Assembly: GCA_040381935.1 (NCBI GenBank)
Contig: JBEIGJ010000001.1
Coordinates: 32,895 to 96,894 of the forward strand
Origin: Acidimicrobiaceae bacterium
GTDB lineage: Bacteria > Actinomycetota > Acidimicrobiia > Acidimicrobiales > Ilumatobacteraceae
Length of the DNA stretch: 64,000 nucleotides
Direction of reading: 5' to 3'
A program made the translations under genes and the position numbers. The notes beneath the pieces were generated by a model, which saw nothing but the letters and a program-made list of their open reading frames with translations, did no database searches and was not told the DNA's origin. Numbering within the stretch: position 1 is the first letter of the stretch; each line of letters starts with the position of its first letter. Shown here piece after piece: positions 46,441 through 56,299 of this stretch.

Positions 46441-48248
46441 CCGGCGCGGACCAAACGACCGGGGCGTGCGCCAGTCGGTTCACCATCGGCAAAAGTCTGT
46501 TCACCTTTGACGAATGTGGCCCGATATCCGTCCACCCTTTGCACCAGTCGGCGTCCCTGAGCCGGGAGGTCGTAGACCATCTCAGGCTCATGGAGACGAA
46601 GCCCGTCGAAATCGATGAGATTGAAATCGGCGCGCTTACCGATCTCCAGACTCCCCCGATCCGTGAAGCCGTAGACATTGGCGGTGCGCTGCGTCTGCAT
46701 ATGAACCGCATCCTCGAGCGAAATCCGTTCTCCACGGTTTCGATCACGCACCCAGTGTGTCAAGAGATAACTCGGCATCGAGGCATCGCAAATCAGTCCG
46801 CAGTGAGCGCCACCATCGGACAAACCAAGAACCGTGGTCGAATGGGTCATGAGTTCCCGAATGGCATCGTGATTGTGATCGGCGTAACTGGCAAGCGGCA
46901 CAAAGATCAGCGCCTCACCATCTTTTTCCAACATCCAATCCAACATCACTTCCTCACCACGACAGCCACGCCGCTCCGCTTCAGCCTTGGCACTTGCTTC
47001 GTACGGAGGTTCGTAATCCGGCGGATCGCCCAGCGGAAACATCTGATCCCAGCGAGTCATCAAAGACAAGACGATTTTTTTGTCGGTACCCGGACCTTCC
47101 TCCACGAGTCGAGCCCGAACCTCGGGGTCACGCAGAGCGGCAATTCTTTCGGCGAATGGCTTGTCGGCCAGGGCACGATAGGTGGGATGCGTGACGAAGG
47201 GGTGAAGCGACGAACGAAAACCGAACAACATGCCCGTTGGTCGGTTGCTGACTTGGGGAACCACGTTCAGTCCCTCAGCCTGTAATGCTTCGGCCTGTTC
47301 GAGTGCCGCTCGATATCCCCGCGGTTGACCTGGGTTCTGGGCCAAGGCGTAGGTCACCGTGGCTCCTGTGCGACGAGCCACATCACCCAGCCAGCCATCG
47401 GCTGCCTCATTGGGTCCGTCGTCACCAACCATTTCCACGACCCGGTGACCAACTCGGCCAATGGCATCACAGATTGCAATCAACTCATCGGGCACCGCAT
47501 AAGTACCCGGGACCAAACCATGTTTCGACCGGTGCAGGATTGTCCGTGAAGTAGAAAAGCCCACTGCACCAGCACGTAGCCCTTCCTCAGCCAAATGAGC
47601 CATCTGCGCGATCTCATCGACTGTCGGCTCTTCATGGGCCCGGTCACCCATGACATAAGCCCGCAATGCAGCGTGGGGCACCTGTGCTGCAACATCAAGG
47701 ACGCGCGGCATCGAGTCGACAGCATCGAGATATTCCGGGAACGACTCCCAGGTCCAATCAATTCCTTCGCTCAGAGCGGTTCCTGGAATGTCTTCGACCC
47801 CCTCCATCAGTTCGATCAGAAACTTCTCCGCACCAGGCTTCACCGGGGCGAATCCGACACCGCAATTACCCATGACCAAAGTTGTGACACCGTGCCACGA
47901 ACTTGGCGTCACTTCGGGGTCCCAAGTCACTTGGCCGTCATAGTGCGTATGGATATCCACCCATCCTGGAGTCATCAACAGACCTTGGGCGTCAATTTCC
48001 CGCTTGGCATCAGCCAGCAATCGACCGTCATTATCGGAAGTGCCAATAGCGGCGATCACACCATCTTTGACTCCCACATCGGCAAGACGTGCCGGCGCTC
48101 GGGTGCCATCGACGAGAGTGGCTCGACGAACGATGAGATCAAAAGTTGCACCTTGATCAACCGGTCGATCACCGGGCGATCGACGAGACGACGATGATTG
48201 ATTTCGGTCCGCAGGCTGATCGGCAATCTCATTCGAAGTCTGATCCAT
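46437..48248 (-). CDS. N-acyl-D-amino-acid deacylase (D-aminoacylase) family amidohydrolase
   Basis: [13 protein letters not shown]...[12 protein letters not shown]...[13 protein letters not shown] (metal HxH) and a later SDGGAH block. Confidence 0.85.
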   Translation of the reverse strand: MDQTSNEIADQPADRNQSSSSRRSPGDRPVDQGATFDLIVRRATLVDGTRAPARLADVGVKDGVIAAIGTSDNDGRLLADAKREIDAQGLLMTPGWVDIHTHYDGQVTWDPEVTPSSWHGVTTLVMGNCGVGFAPVKPGAEKFLIELMEGVEDIPGTALSEGIDWTWESFPEYLDAVDSMPRVLDVAAQVPHAALRAYVMGDRAHEEPTVDEIAQMAHLAEEGLRAGAVGFSTSRTILHRSKHGLVPGTYAVPDELIAICDAIGRVGHRVVEMVGDDGPNEAADGWLGDVARRTGATVTYALAQNPGQPRGYRAALEQAEALQAEGLNVVPQVSNRPTGMLFGFRSSLHPFVTHPTYRALADKPFAERIAALRDPEVRARLVEEGPGTDKKIVLSLMTRWDQMFPLGDPPDYEPPYEASAKAEAERRGCRGEEVMLDWMLEKDGEALIFVPLASYADHNHDAIRELMTHSTTVLGLSDGGAHCGLICDASMPSYLLTHWVRDRNRGERISLEDAVHMQTQRTANVYGFTDRGSLEIGKRADFNLIDFDGLRLHEPEMVYDLPAQGRRLVQRVDGYRATFVKGEQTFADGEPTGARPGRLVRAG

Positions 48249-48293
48249 GCACGGATCATAATGACGGCACCTAGCCGACTTTGGGTCCTGGAA

Positions 48294-49070
48294 TCATTGC
48301 CCGATGAAACGCGGTGGTCGCCGTTCCCGAAAGGCTTGGCGTCCTTCCACAGCATCGGCACTTGACCAGGCAGCAAGGCGGGCCTCTTCGACGAAATTCG
48401 GGGATGGGCCATGACCATCGATATCCGATCCCTCCACGGCCTGAACCGAGGCGATCGCCAACTTATGGGCCCGAACTGACAGTGGAGCCAAGGCACTGAG
48501 TTGCTCGGCCCATTGGCGCGCCGCGTCCTCTGGGAGTTCTTCATCATCGAGGAGTCGGTGAACAAAAGTGCCCACCAGATCACGAGCGGGAATCGCTTCT
48601 CCCGTCAACAAGACGCGTCGGGCCACATGCCATCCAGCCTCCTGCCCCAGACGTCGAATCGTCCAGGAGTCGACGGCCAAACCCAATTTCACCGCCGGAA
48701 TACCGATCGGACTGGCCGGAGTCGCCACTCGCAAGTCACAGGCCGATGCCAATTGCATTCCAGCGCCTAGGGCCGGCCCATCGATCAAAGCGATCGTCAG
48801 GCAGGGTAGATCGACCAAGGCCTGAAGCACTTGCGACAAAGTGTCGGTGAACTCACCCAGTTCGACTCCGTCAAGATCCGCTCCACTGCAAAATGCTGGA
48901 CGAGCACCGCACAGAACCAGGACTCTGGCTTGCTGAACTTTGATGTCGTCCAGGAGCCGTCCTAGTTGCTGCAACGTAGCCATGTCCACAGCGTTACGTT
49001 TTTCCGGTCGGTCAAGGGTGACAAGGACGCAGCTCTTGGACTCGCCGAACCATTCGATGCGAGGTGACAT
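48294..49070 (-). CDS. Enoyl-CoA hydratase/isomerase (crotonase) family protein
   Basis: LDRPEKRNAV, FCSGADL and IDGPALGAGMQLASACDLRVA. Confidence 0.88.
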   Translation of the reverse strand: MSPRIEWFGESKSCVLVTLDRPEKRNAVDMATLQQLGRLLDDIKVQQARVLVLCGARPAFCSGADLDGVELGEFTDTLSQVLQALVDLPCLTIALIDGPALGAGMQLASACDLRVATPASPIGIPAVKLGLAVDSWTIRRLGQEAGWHVARRVLLTGEAIPARDLVGTFVHRLLDDEELPEDAARQWAEQLSALAPLSVRAHKLAIASVQAVEGSDIDGHGPSPNFVEEARLAAWSSADAVEGRQAFRERRPPRFIGQ

Positions 49071-49129
49071 GTCTCCACCGTAGCGGTCCGACTTTTCCCC
49101 GAGGGCTTCCGTCTGCCAGGGTTCTCCCG

Positions 49130-49408
49130 ATGCACAACGCCAGTGGACCCGAGAACGATCCTGTTCGACGTCGCCGAAAACTCATTGCGGTTTGGACTCG
49201 TCGGGCCAATCGGTTCGGCTATCTCTTTTTTCTACTGGCCATGGTGTTGTTCATCATTGCTTTCACCACTGACTTTTCGGAAACATTTGCGACGCTCATC
49301 ACCGTCTCATTGGTGATCGGCTCCGTTCTTCTGGCCCCAGCCATCGTCCTCGGTTACGCCATCAAGGCCGCTGAGAAGGAAGACCCCGGTCCTCGTCAGA
49401 GGGGATGA
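49130..49408 (+). CDS. Small membrane protein with two TM segments
   Basis: Translation from ATG 49130 gives MHNASGPENDPVRRRRK..., then YLFFLLAMVLFIIAFT and LITVSLVIGSVLLAPAIVLGYAI. No family recognised. Confidence 0.45.
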   Translation: MHNASGPENDPVRRRRKLIAVWTRRANRFGYLFFLLAMVLFIIAFTTDFSETFATLITVSLVIGSVLLAPAIVLGYAIKAAEKEDPGPRQRG

Positions 49409-49418
49409 CACCGTCGGA

Positions 49419-49454
49419 AAGTGACTGGTATCAGAGCCGAAATCACAAGTGACT
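49419..49454. promoter_or_regulatory. Pair of 8-bp direct repeats (AAGTGACT) upstream of the TetR gene; candidate operator/promoter elements
   Basis: Copies at 49419-49426 and 49447-49454, 19-54 nt upstream of the TetR-family start codon. GTGA...TCAC inverted elements lie between them. Confidence 0.25.
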
Positions 49455-49472
49455 TCGCAAACGATACGGTAG

Positions 49473-50060
49473 ATGGCCATGTCCATACGTTTGCCTGCTG
49501 CGGCACGCCGGGAGCAACTTGTCGAATCCGCGATGGAGATATTCGCATCGCAGGGCTTTCATGAAACCTCGATGAATGATGTGGCCTTGGCTGCTGGTGT
49601 GACCAAACCGGTTTTGTATCAGCACTTCGATTCCAAACGTGATCTGTATATGGCGCTCATCGACGAAGCTGGATCACGTCTGATGTCGGCAATCACTGCT
49701 AGTCCCATTGCCCAAAGCAGCGGACGTCAACGCACCGAACTGGGTTTTCGCGCCTATTTCGAATGGGTCCGTCACGATAACGCAGCCTTCACGTTGCTCT
49801 TTGGAAGTTCACGTCGAGATGCAGAGTTCAGTGAAGCGGTAGAGCGATTCACCTCTCAAGTAGCTGATGCCATTGAACCGTTGATTACCGCCGATATCGA
49901 TACCGAGCACCGGCGAACACTCGCTCATGCCATTGTCGGCCTCGCCGAAGGCGTCTCCCGTCGTCTGGTACGACAGGGCGGAAACTTCGATGCCCACATC
50001 GTTGCCCGTCAGGTGAGTGACTTGGCTTGGGCTGGTCTGCGCGCTGCTCAACGGGCCTAG
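49473..50060 (+). CDS. TetR/AcrR family transcriptional regulator
   Basis: HTH region FHETSMNDVALAAGVTKPVLYQHFDSKRDLY. Confidence 0.9.
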   Translation: MAMSIRLPAAARREQLVESAMEIFASQGFHETSMNDVALAAGVTKPVLYQHFDSKRDLYMALIDEAGSRLMSAITASPIAQSSGRQRTELGFRAYFEWVRHDNAAFTLLFGSSRRDAEFSEAVERFTSQVADAIEPLITADIDTEHRRTLAHAIVGLAEGVSRRLVRQGGNFDAHIVARQVSDLAWAGLRAAQRA

Positions 50061-50093
50061 GGCCGACGCCACGTTCGACCCGATCAGATCTGG

Positions 50094-50729
50094 CTAAAGG
50101 CGGCGCAGTATTCGCAAACTTCCTTCAGCCGCCACTTCTTCATAGTCGCCGCTGTCGATTGCCGGTCGGTAGATCTCGTCATAGGGAGCCTGACCTCCCA
50201 GAGCTGGATCCATGAAGACATCGTGAATAGCCAAAATTCCACCGCCAGCCACGAACTTTGTCCAACCCAAATAATCGCGACGAGCAATGTCGGCACCATG
50301 ACCGCCATCGATGAACAAGAAAGCTACCGATGACGTCCAGTAGCGGGCCACCGTCGGTGATTCTCCCACGACAGCGATCACCCATGGTTCGAGTCCTGCA
50401 TCGAACACGTTACGACGAAAAATTGGCAGGGTGTCCATCTTGCCGACCGCCGAATCCACCAACGTCGGATCGTGCCACTCCCAACCCTCTTGGTTCTCCT
50501 CTGATCCGCGATGATGATCAATGGTGAACAGAACAGTTTCGCTGTGCCGAGCGGCGTCGCCGAGCCAGATCGTTGAACGACCGCAATAGGTGCCGATCTC
50601 AACAAAGGGAAGATGTGGCACATCGGCACCAGCAGTCAGAGCCGCTGCGTGCAGTGCATCACCTTCGTTGCCCGGCATGAAGCCCTTAGCGGCCAACGCC
50701 ATTTGGCGGAGGTCATGAGCAAGAGGCAA
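50094..50729 (-). CDS. Class I SAM-dependent methyltransferase (Methyltransf_24 / O-methyltransferase-like)
   Basis: FVEIGTYCGRSTIWL, FLFIDGGH, ILAIHDV. Confidence 0.7.
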   Translation of the reverse strand: MPLAHDLRQMALAAKGFMPGNEGDALHAAALTAGADVPHLPFVEIGTYCGRSTIWLGDAARHSETVLFTIDHHRGSEENQEGWEWHDPTLVDSAVGKMDTLPIFRRNVFDAGLEPWVIAVVGESPTVARYWTSSVAFLFIDGGHGADIARRDYLGWTKFVAGGGILAIHDVFMDPALGGQAPYDEIYRPAIDSGDYEEVAAEGSLRILRRL

Positions 50730-50735
50730 TGCTGC

Positions 50736-51440
50736 TCACCAACTGTCCCAATGGATGATGGATTCCGGTTCCGGTCGGGCTGCTGGTTTGAAATCCGTTC
50801 CTTGGGTAAATGCCAGAGGCGTCAGACAAACTTGTTGAACAGTGTCATAGGGAATACCCAAGATCTCAGCGACTTGCTGTTCCATCATGAGATGGACCGT
50901 GGTCCACGATGTGCCCAAACCTCGGGCCCGGGCCGCCAACATGAAACTCCACATGGCGGGAAGAACGTTGCCCATCACCGACGACACCATCATGCCCATA
51001 CCACCGGTGGCGTCGGTCCTCATCCCCTCGTTGCACCCAATCACCAAGGCCGGAGCTCGTCCCATATTGTCACCGAGGTAATCCGCTGAGTCCGCTGAGC
51101 GTTGCTGTTGAGCGTTCGCCTCCGCATCACCCTTGTCAATCGAGCGGATATAGACCCCGTCCATCTGCTGATACATGGAATAACACTGGCGATAAATCTC
51201 ACCGATTGCAGCACACTTGGCCGGGTCCTTGACCACCATGAACTGCATCGTCATATTGTTGGATCCAGACGGAGACTGCATCGCTAAGGCCACGCACTCG
51301 CGAATCAAATCATCGGGAACTGGACGGTCGAAATCGAGTCGCTTGCGGACCGCACGAGTGGTGGAAAGTAACTGATCGGGGTTCAAAGGAAGAAGTGCCA
51401 CGTCCGCGACCCTAGTCAGCATGTGGCCCGTTCCATTCAC
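50736..51440 (-). CDS. Nitroreductase family protein
   Basis: TTRAVRKRLDFDRPVPDDLIRECVALAMQSPSGSNNMTMQFMVV is the typical nitroreductase N-terminal block. Confidence 0.85.
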   Translation of the reverse strand: MNGTGHMLTRVADVALLPLNPDQLLSTTRAVRKRLDFDRPVPDDLIRECVALAMQSPSGSNNMTMQFMVVKDPAKCAAIGEIYRQCYSMYQQMDGVYIRSIDKGDAEANAQQQRSADSADYLGDNMGRAPALVIGCNEGMRTDATGGMGMMVSSVMGNVLPAMWSFMLAARARGLGTSWTTVHLMMEQQVAEILGIPYDTVQQVCLTPLAFTQGTDFKPAARPEPESIIHWDSW

Positions 51441-51475
51441 GCTAGGTACCCGGCCGTACGGCGTCTCTGAGAATC

Positions 51476-52348
51476 ATGTGGCAAAATGACTCCGTGTACA
51501 GCGCCCTCGACGACCTCATTTCGCTCCTCGATCTGGAACCGATCGAGGTGAACATCTTTCGAGGTCGATCCCCCCAAGAGAACCGCCAACGAGTCTTCGG
51601 TGGTCAGGTGGCTGGGCAGGCATTAGTGGCCGCTTCTCGCACCGTTGATGACCGTGACCGCCGAGTTCACTCACTTCACGCCTATTTCCTGCGACCTGGT
51701 GATCCAACCTCGCCCATCCTCTATGACGTGGATCGCATTCGAGATGGGAAGAGTTTTTCGACCCGCCGGGTGGTCGCCATCCAACACGGACAGGCCATCT
51801 TTAACCTGCAGGCCAGTTTCCACGCTCCCGAAGAGGGATTCGACCATCAGGTCCCCATGCCCGCAGTACCAGATGCCGATTCATTACCCGACTTCAAGAC
51901 CCGCATGGCTCCCCATAAGCACCTACTCGGTGACTGGTATGAGCGACCGCGTCCGATCGATATTCGTTACGTCGATGGTGACCCCATGTCGCGACCTCGT
52001 ACTCCGACCGTCAGCCAAAGAGTCTGGCTCCGGGCCGATGGTCACCTCCCCGACGATCCGACATTGCACGCCTGCATCGTCACCTATGCCAGCGATATGA
52101 CCCTGCTCGATACAACGGTGCTCCCTCACGGGTTGAACTGGACCGACAGCGGCATTCAAATGGCCAGCCTCGACCACGCCATGTGGTTCCACCGTCCATT
52201 TCGAGCCGATGATTGGTTGCTCTACGACCAAATGACCCCGACGACTTCAAGTGCCCGGGGTTTGGCGACCGGATCTATCTTCACCAAGTCGGGTGACCTC
52301 GCCATCACGGTGGTTCAAGAAGGTCTCATTCGACGCGAACGTCCGTAA
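51476..52348 (+). CDS. tesB: Acyl-CoA thioesterase II
   Basis: LLDLEPIEVNIFRG...VFGGQVAGQAL...HSLHAYFLRPGDP and a second hotdog half with HAMWFHRPF. Confidence 0.9.
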   Translation: MWQNDSVYSALDDLISLLDLEPIEVNIFRGRSPQENRQRVFGGQVAGQALVAASRTVDDRDRRVHSLHAYFLRPGDPTSPILYDVDRIRDGKSFSTRRVVAIQHGQAIFNLQASFHAPEEGFDHQVPMPAVPDADSLPDFKTRMAPHKHLLGDWYERPRPIDIRYVDGDPMSRPRTPTVSQRVWLRADGHLPDDPTLHACIVTYASDMTLLDTTVLPHGLNWTDSGIQMASLDHAMWFHRPFRADDWLLYDQMTPTTSSARGLATGSIFTKSGDLAITVVQEGLIRRERP

Positions 52349-52429
52349 ATCGGTCCAGCGGTGGTTCACAACGTACCGAAGAACTAAACCCGTCAACCGT
52401 TCCTGAAAACCCCACCAAGGAAAAGCCTC

Positions 52430-53635
52430 GTGCCCGACAAAGTCATCTTCTCGTTATGTTGCGCTCTGACCTTCATGGTGGTCGCCTGCGGTGCCAACGA
52501 CGCAACAGCGCCATCGGTCGTTTCCCCAAATGAAGTGATGCCAGTCGATACCGGGTCACCTGCCAAAGATTCGTCACCGACGAAAGAACCATTCCTGGCG
52601 GCAACTCTTGGAGAACCCATCAGCGGATACCAAACCCCAGTCGACATGGCGATTCGGAGAACGACAGGATCAACTTCCGCTCAAACATATATCGCTGAAC
52701 AACAGGGACTCGTTCGCGAGGTCTCACCTGATGGACGTCCTGGACGAGTCGTGGCCGATCTCACTGCCTTAACCCAGGCCGACGGGGAACAAGGTCTGCT
52801 TGGACTGGCCTTCGACAACGCAGGCAGTCGAGCCTTTGTCAACTACACCGATTTGGATGGCAACACCAAAGTCGACCAACTAGCGCTCGATGCTGACGGC
52901 ACCTTCGCCGGTGAGTCTCGACAAAACCTGTATACCGTGGATCAGCCCTATGGCAATCACAATGGTGGTGACTTATTGGTGATGCCTGATGGCAATTCGC
53001 TGTTGATCTTCAACGGCGATGGTGGTTCATCCGGCGATCCGGAACGTCGAGCACTCGATCCAAGTAGTGATCACGGCAAGATCATGCAAATCGATATCTC
53101 ATCGTCAAATTCCGCGCCGCGCTTTTGGGCTCGAGGACTACGCAATCCTTGGAGAGCTTCCTACGATGAGCGCACCCAGAGCCTCTGGATTGCTGATGTC
53201 GGCCAGCGAATGTGGGAAGAAATCAACGTCGTTGCTCTTGAAAGATCTGAAGGTGCGAGTTTTGGATGGAGCGCCCGCGAAGGCGCTCAGGCCTTCAATG
53301 ATGACCAAGAGGAAATCCACACCAGCGTGACGGCGGTCGATCCTATTTTCGTCTACCCACACGAGAATGGCGACTGTTCAATATCGGGTGGTTTTGTGTA
53401 CCGAGGTACTGAAATCCCGCATGTTGGTTCGTGGTACTTCTTTGCCGACTACTGCAGTGGAGAAGTCCGTGCCCTGTGTGTGCTCGATGCTGACCCCTCT
53501 GGTGAGATCGCGACGTGTGGTGTCATCTCACTTGGCAAAGTAGAAAATCCCGTGGGCATCATGCCTGATGCGTCGGGCCGTCCCTGGGTTCTGTCGCACA
53601 GCGGATCAATTGTGCCTATCGTCCCGGCCAGTTGA
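52430..53635 (+). CDS. PQQ-dependent sugar (glucose/sorbosone) dehydrogenase family lipoprotein
   Basis: Lipobox-like FMVVACG, GLLGLAFD, NHNGGDL, RNPWR and ADVGQ..WEEIN beta-propeller blocks. GTG start preceded by AAGGAAAAG. Confidence 0.85.
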   Translation: MPDKVIFSLCCALTFMVVACGANDATAPSVVSPNEVMPVDTGSPAKDSSPTKEPFLAATLGEPISGYQTPVDMAIRRTTGSTSAQTYIAEQQGLVREVSPDGRPGRVVADLTALTQADGEQGLLGLAFDNAGSRAFVNYTDLDGNTKVDQLALDADGTFAGESRQNLYTVDQPYGNHNGGDLLVMPDGNSLLIFNGDGGSSGDPERRALDPSSDHGKIMQIDISSSNSAPRFWARGLRNPWRASYDERTQSLWIADVGQRMWEEINVVALERSEGASFGWSAREGAQAFNDDQEEIHTSVTAVDPIFVYPHENGDCSISGGFVYRGTEIPHVGSWYFFADYCSGEVRALCVLDADPSGEIATCGVISLGKVENPVGIMPDASGRPWVLSHSGSIVPIVPAS

Positions 53636-53639
53636 CGCG

Positions 53640-54443
53640 TCACCGTCCCGTGAATCGAGGAGGACGCTTTTCCAAAAATGAGCGTACCCCCTCACGATGA
53701 TCTTCGGTAGCAAAGAGTTCGCCCAGGGACTGAGAGACCCACCGTCCCAAGTCCGCCCAATCAGGATCCAGAGCGCGACGTAGTCCCTCCTTTATCTTGC
53801 GGATCGCCAAGGGAGGATTGCCGGCAATACGCACGGCAAGGGCTGAAGCCGTTTCCACGAGCTGCTCATGCGGGACGACCCGGGATACCAAGCCGATCTC
53901 GCGGGCAGTTTCAGCATCGATGATCTCCCCCGTCAACAGCAATTCGACGGCTCGTTCACGTCCTACCAATTGCGCCAATCGGCCAATACCGGCAACATCG
54001 CTCACCAAACCACGAAGGACGAAGAGCTCACCGAATCGGGCCCGCTCACTGGCGACACGGATATCAGCCATGAGACTCAGTTCCATCCCCCACCCGACTG
54101 CAGCCCCGTTTACCGCTGCAATAATCGGGACGTTGGTATGTAGAAGAGCGTCGGCGGCGGGGGTCAATTGCGCCTCACGGCTGATGGTCGAAAGAGTGGG
54201 GGTTCGACTTTTTTCTCCGCCACCCATCACCTGTCGAACATCATCCCCACTACAAAACACCGGATCCACGGCAGTGATGACCAGACATCGAACTCCGGAA
54301 GGCTCGGCCTCGCGTACCAATCGTTCCAGATCGGCATACATCTCGTGCGTGAGGGCATTGCGCGCCTCGGGCCGATTGAGGGTGATGATGCCGATGTCGA
54401 CACCTTCTTGGGGACTGAATCTCGAATAATCGAGATCTGCCAT
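53640..54443 (-). CDS. Enoyl-CoA hydratase/isomerase (crotonase) family protein
   Basis: LNRPEARNAL, FCSGDD and VNGAAVGWGMELSLMADIRVA. The start overlaps the mreB stop by 1 nt. Confidence 0.88.
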   Translation of the reverse strand: MADLDYSRFSPQEGVDIGIITLNRPEARNALTHEMYADLERLVREAEPSGVRCLVITAVDPVFCSGDDVRQVMGGGEKSRTPTLSTISREAQLTPAADALLHTNVPIIAAVNGAAVGWGMELSLMADIRVASERARFGELFVLRGLVSDVAGIGRLAQLVGRERAVELLLTGEIIDAETAREIGLVSRVVPHEQLVETASALAVRIAGNPPLAIRKIKEGLRRALDPDWADLGRWVSQSLGELFATEDHREGVRSFLEKRPPRFTGR

Positions 54444-55447
54444 CAGCGGCGTTGCCCCATGAACATTCGCTTGAGAGCGTCGTAGTTCTCGATACAGTGA
54501 CCGGCTCCGAGCACGACGGCTTCCAGTGGCATGTTCGACATCCGGACTGGGACTTGTGTTTCGCGTTCGATCCGTTCAGCCAACCCGCGCAAAAGGCCTC
54601 CGCCACCAACGAGATACATACCACGAACCAAAAAATCCTGGGCTAGTTCAGCAGGTGCTTTGGCCAAACATCGAACAACGGATTGAACAATCTGCGAAAC
54701 GACATCATCGATGGCGTAGCGAATTTCCTCAGGCGTGAGAACAACCGTTTTCGGCAATCCCATCATCAAATCGCGACCACTCACTTCAGCTTCGACTTCA
54801 TCAGGAGTCTCGGCTGCTGAACCAATTGCCACCTTGATTTCCTCTGCAGTGCGTTCACCAACGGCAATACCGTGTTCACGTCGCACATAGTTTTGGATGG
54901 CATTGTCGATATCGAAACTGCCGACGCGGACCGCTTCCAAGGCCACGATGCCACCAAGGCTGATGACGGCGGTCTCGCTGGTTCCTCCACCGATATCGAT
55001 CACCATGTTTCCAATTGGTTCATCAATCGGCAGTTGCGCTCCGATGGCGGCAGCCATTGGTTGCTCGATCAGTTGCGCATCGGCAGCACCGGCACGGCGG
55101 GCGGCATCGGTCACAGCACGCCTCTCGACTTCAGTAATGGCAGACGGTACACAGATGACAACTTTGGGCCGAGTAAAGCGGCTCACTCCGACTCGCTGCA
55201 AAAGGAGGCGAATCATTCGCTCGGTCACATCGAAGTCGGTGATTGCACCGCCACGAAGCGGACGGACTGCCACGATGTAACCCGGCGTACGGCCGATCAT
55301 GTGCCAGGCCTCGTGGCCCGTGGCAAGCACCTCACCGGTTTGACGATTCAAGGCGATCACCGATGGTTCGTTGAGGACGATACCGCGACCCTTCATATAG
55401 ACCAGGGTGTTAGCCGTGCCAAGATCGATTGCTAGGTCACGTGCCAT
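54443..55447 (-). CDS. mreB: Rod shape-determining actin homologue MreB
   Basis: DLAIDLGTANTLVY, EPSVIA, VVICVPSAITEVERRA, VIDIGGGTSE and LVGGGGLLRGL. Confidence 0.95.
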   Translation of the reverse strand: MARDLAIDLGTANTLVYMKGRGIVLNEPSVIALNRQTGEVLATGHEAWHMIGRTPGYIVAVRPLRGGAITDFDVTERMIRLLLQRVGVSRFTRPKVVICVPSAITEVERRAVTDAARRAGAADAQLIEQPMAAAIGAQLPIDEPIGNMVIDIGGGTSETAVISLGGIVALEAVRVGSFDIDNAIQNYVRREHGIAVGERTAEEIKVAIGSAAETPDEVEAEVSGRDLMMGLPKTVVLTPEEIRYAIDDVVSQIVQSVVRCLAKAPAELAQDFLVRGMYLVGGGGLLRGLAERIERETQVPVRMSNMPLEAVVLGAGHCIENYDALKRMFMGQRR

Positions 55448-55646
55448 CTTTGGGTTCCCGGTCTTGTTCTTCCTTTTTCTTCAACGCTTCAACGATTGGT
55501 CGACGAGCCTCGGGGGACAAGGCGTTGAGATGGCGTTTGAAATCGGCAACACCATCATCGCTCATTGGCGATCGACGGAAGAGCGTCATACCCAGCAGAA
55601 CAAGTCCGCTCACGATGACGACACCGATCAACACCCCAACGATCAT
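55437..55646 (-). CDS. Small single-TM protein
   Basis: 69 aa. N-terminal TM segment MIVGVLIGVVIVSGLVLLGMTLF, then a charged tail. The ATGA overlap with the moaE stop and an 11-nt overlap with the mreB start suggest translational coupling. Confidence 0.5.
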   Translation of the reverse strand: MIVGVLIGVVIVSGLVLLGMTLFRRSPMSDDGVADFKRHLNALSPEARRPIVEALKKKEEQDREPKDGT

Positions 55647-56197
55647 GATTTCATCTCACTAGCAGAAGAGACATTGCGAGCTTCGTCGATCAATTCCCCA
55701 CCGAGACCCCAATCGCTTCCTCCTTCCCACACCTCACGCTTCCAGATAGGAGCTGAAGCTTTCAGGGCATCAATACAAAATCGGCCCGCAGCAAATGCCT
55801 CCGGTCGATGTGGTGCCGAAACCACCGACAAGACCGAACTTTCCCCCAACTCGATCCGGCCCACCCGATGAATCAAAGCAATACGACCAACACTCGTCCA
55901 ACGACGGCGACTTTCATCGGCGATCGCCCGCAATCGAGGGACGACCTGCGATGCATAGGCTTCATACTCCAAGAACTCCACACCGGCTCGATGCTGGCCC
56001 TCGTCAATGGCATGATCTCGGACGGTTCCCGAGAAAAGAACAACGGCTCCGCAGTCGGGACGAATCGCCCAGTCATGGACAAGACCAGCGTTCAAAGGCT
56101 GGTCCGTGATGGCCAGCCACTCATCTGCGGTTCGATCCTCATAGACAGCCCCGTACACAACCAGGATCGTATCGTTGCTAGACCGCCAGGCGGTCAA
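55643..56197 (-). CDS. moaE: Molybdopterin synthase catalytic subunit MoaE
   Basis: GAVVLFSGTVRDH...EYEAY...IALIHRVGRIELGESSVLSVVSAPHR.EAF.A....ID.LK...PIWK. The annotated start is a TTG, and the N-terminus may be shorter. Confidence 0.85.
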   Translation of the reverse strand: MTAWRSSNDTILVVYGAVYEDRTADEWLAITDQPLNAGLVHDWAIRPDCGAVVLFSGTVRDHAIDEGQHRAGVEFLEYEAYASQVVPRLRAIADESRRRWTSVGRIALIHRVGRIELGESSVLSVVSAPHRPEAFAAGRFCIDALKASAPIWKREVWEGGSDWGLGGELIDEARNVSSASEMKS

Positions 56198-56299
56198 AGT
56201 GCCTCGTTACCGAATCCGATGTCTCCCAAGCCGACCCGATCGCTCCCGCACGCTCCCCGCGACCCCTCCAGCCCAAAAAGTCACTAGCCTTCGTTTTTT

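Noticed and set aside
56198-56299. Possible Moco riboswitch in the leader of moaE.
   Set aside because: The region is only about 100 nt, is shared with a divergent gene, and lacks the conserved CCUCCGAG-type elements I associate with the Moco motif.
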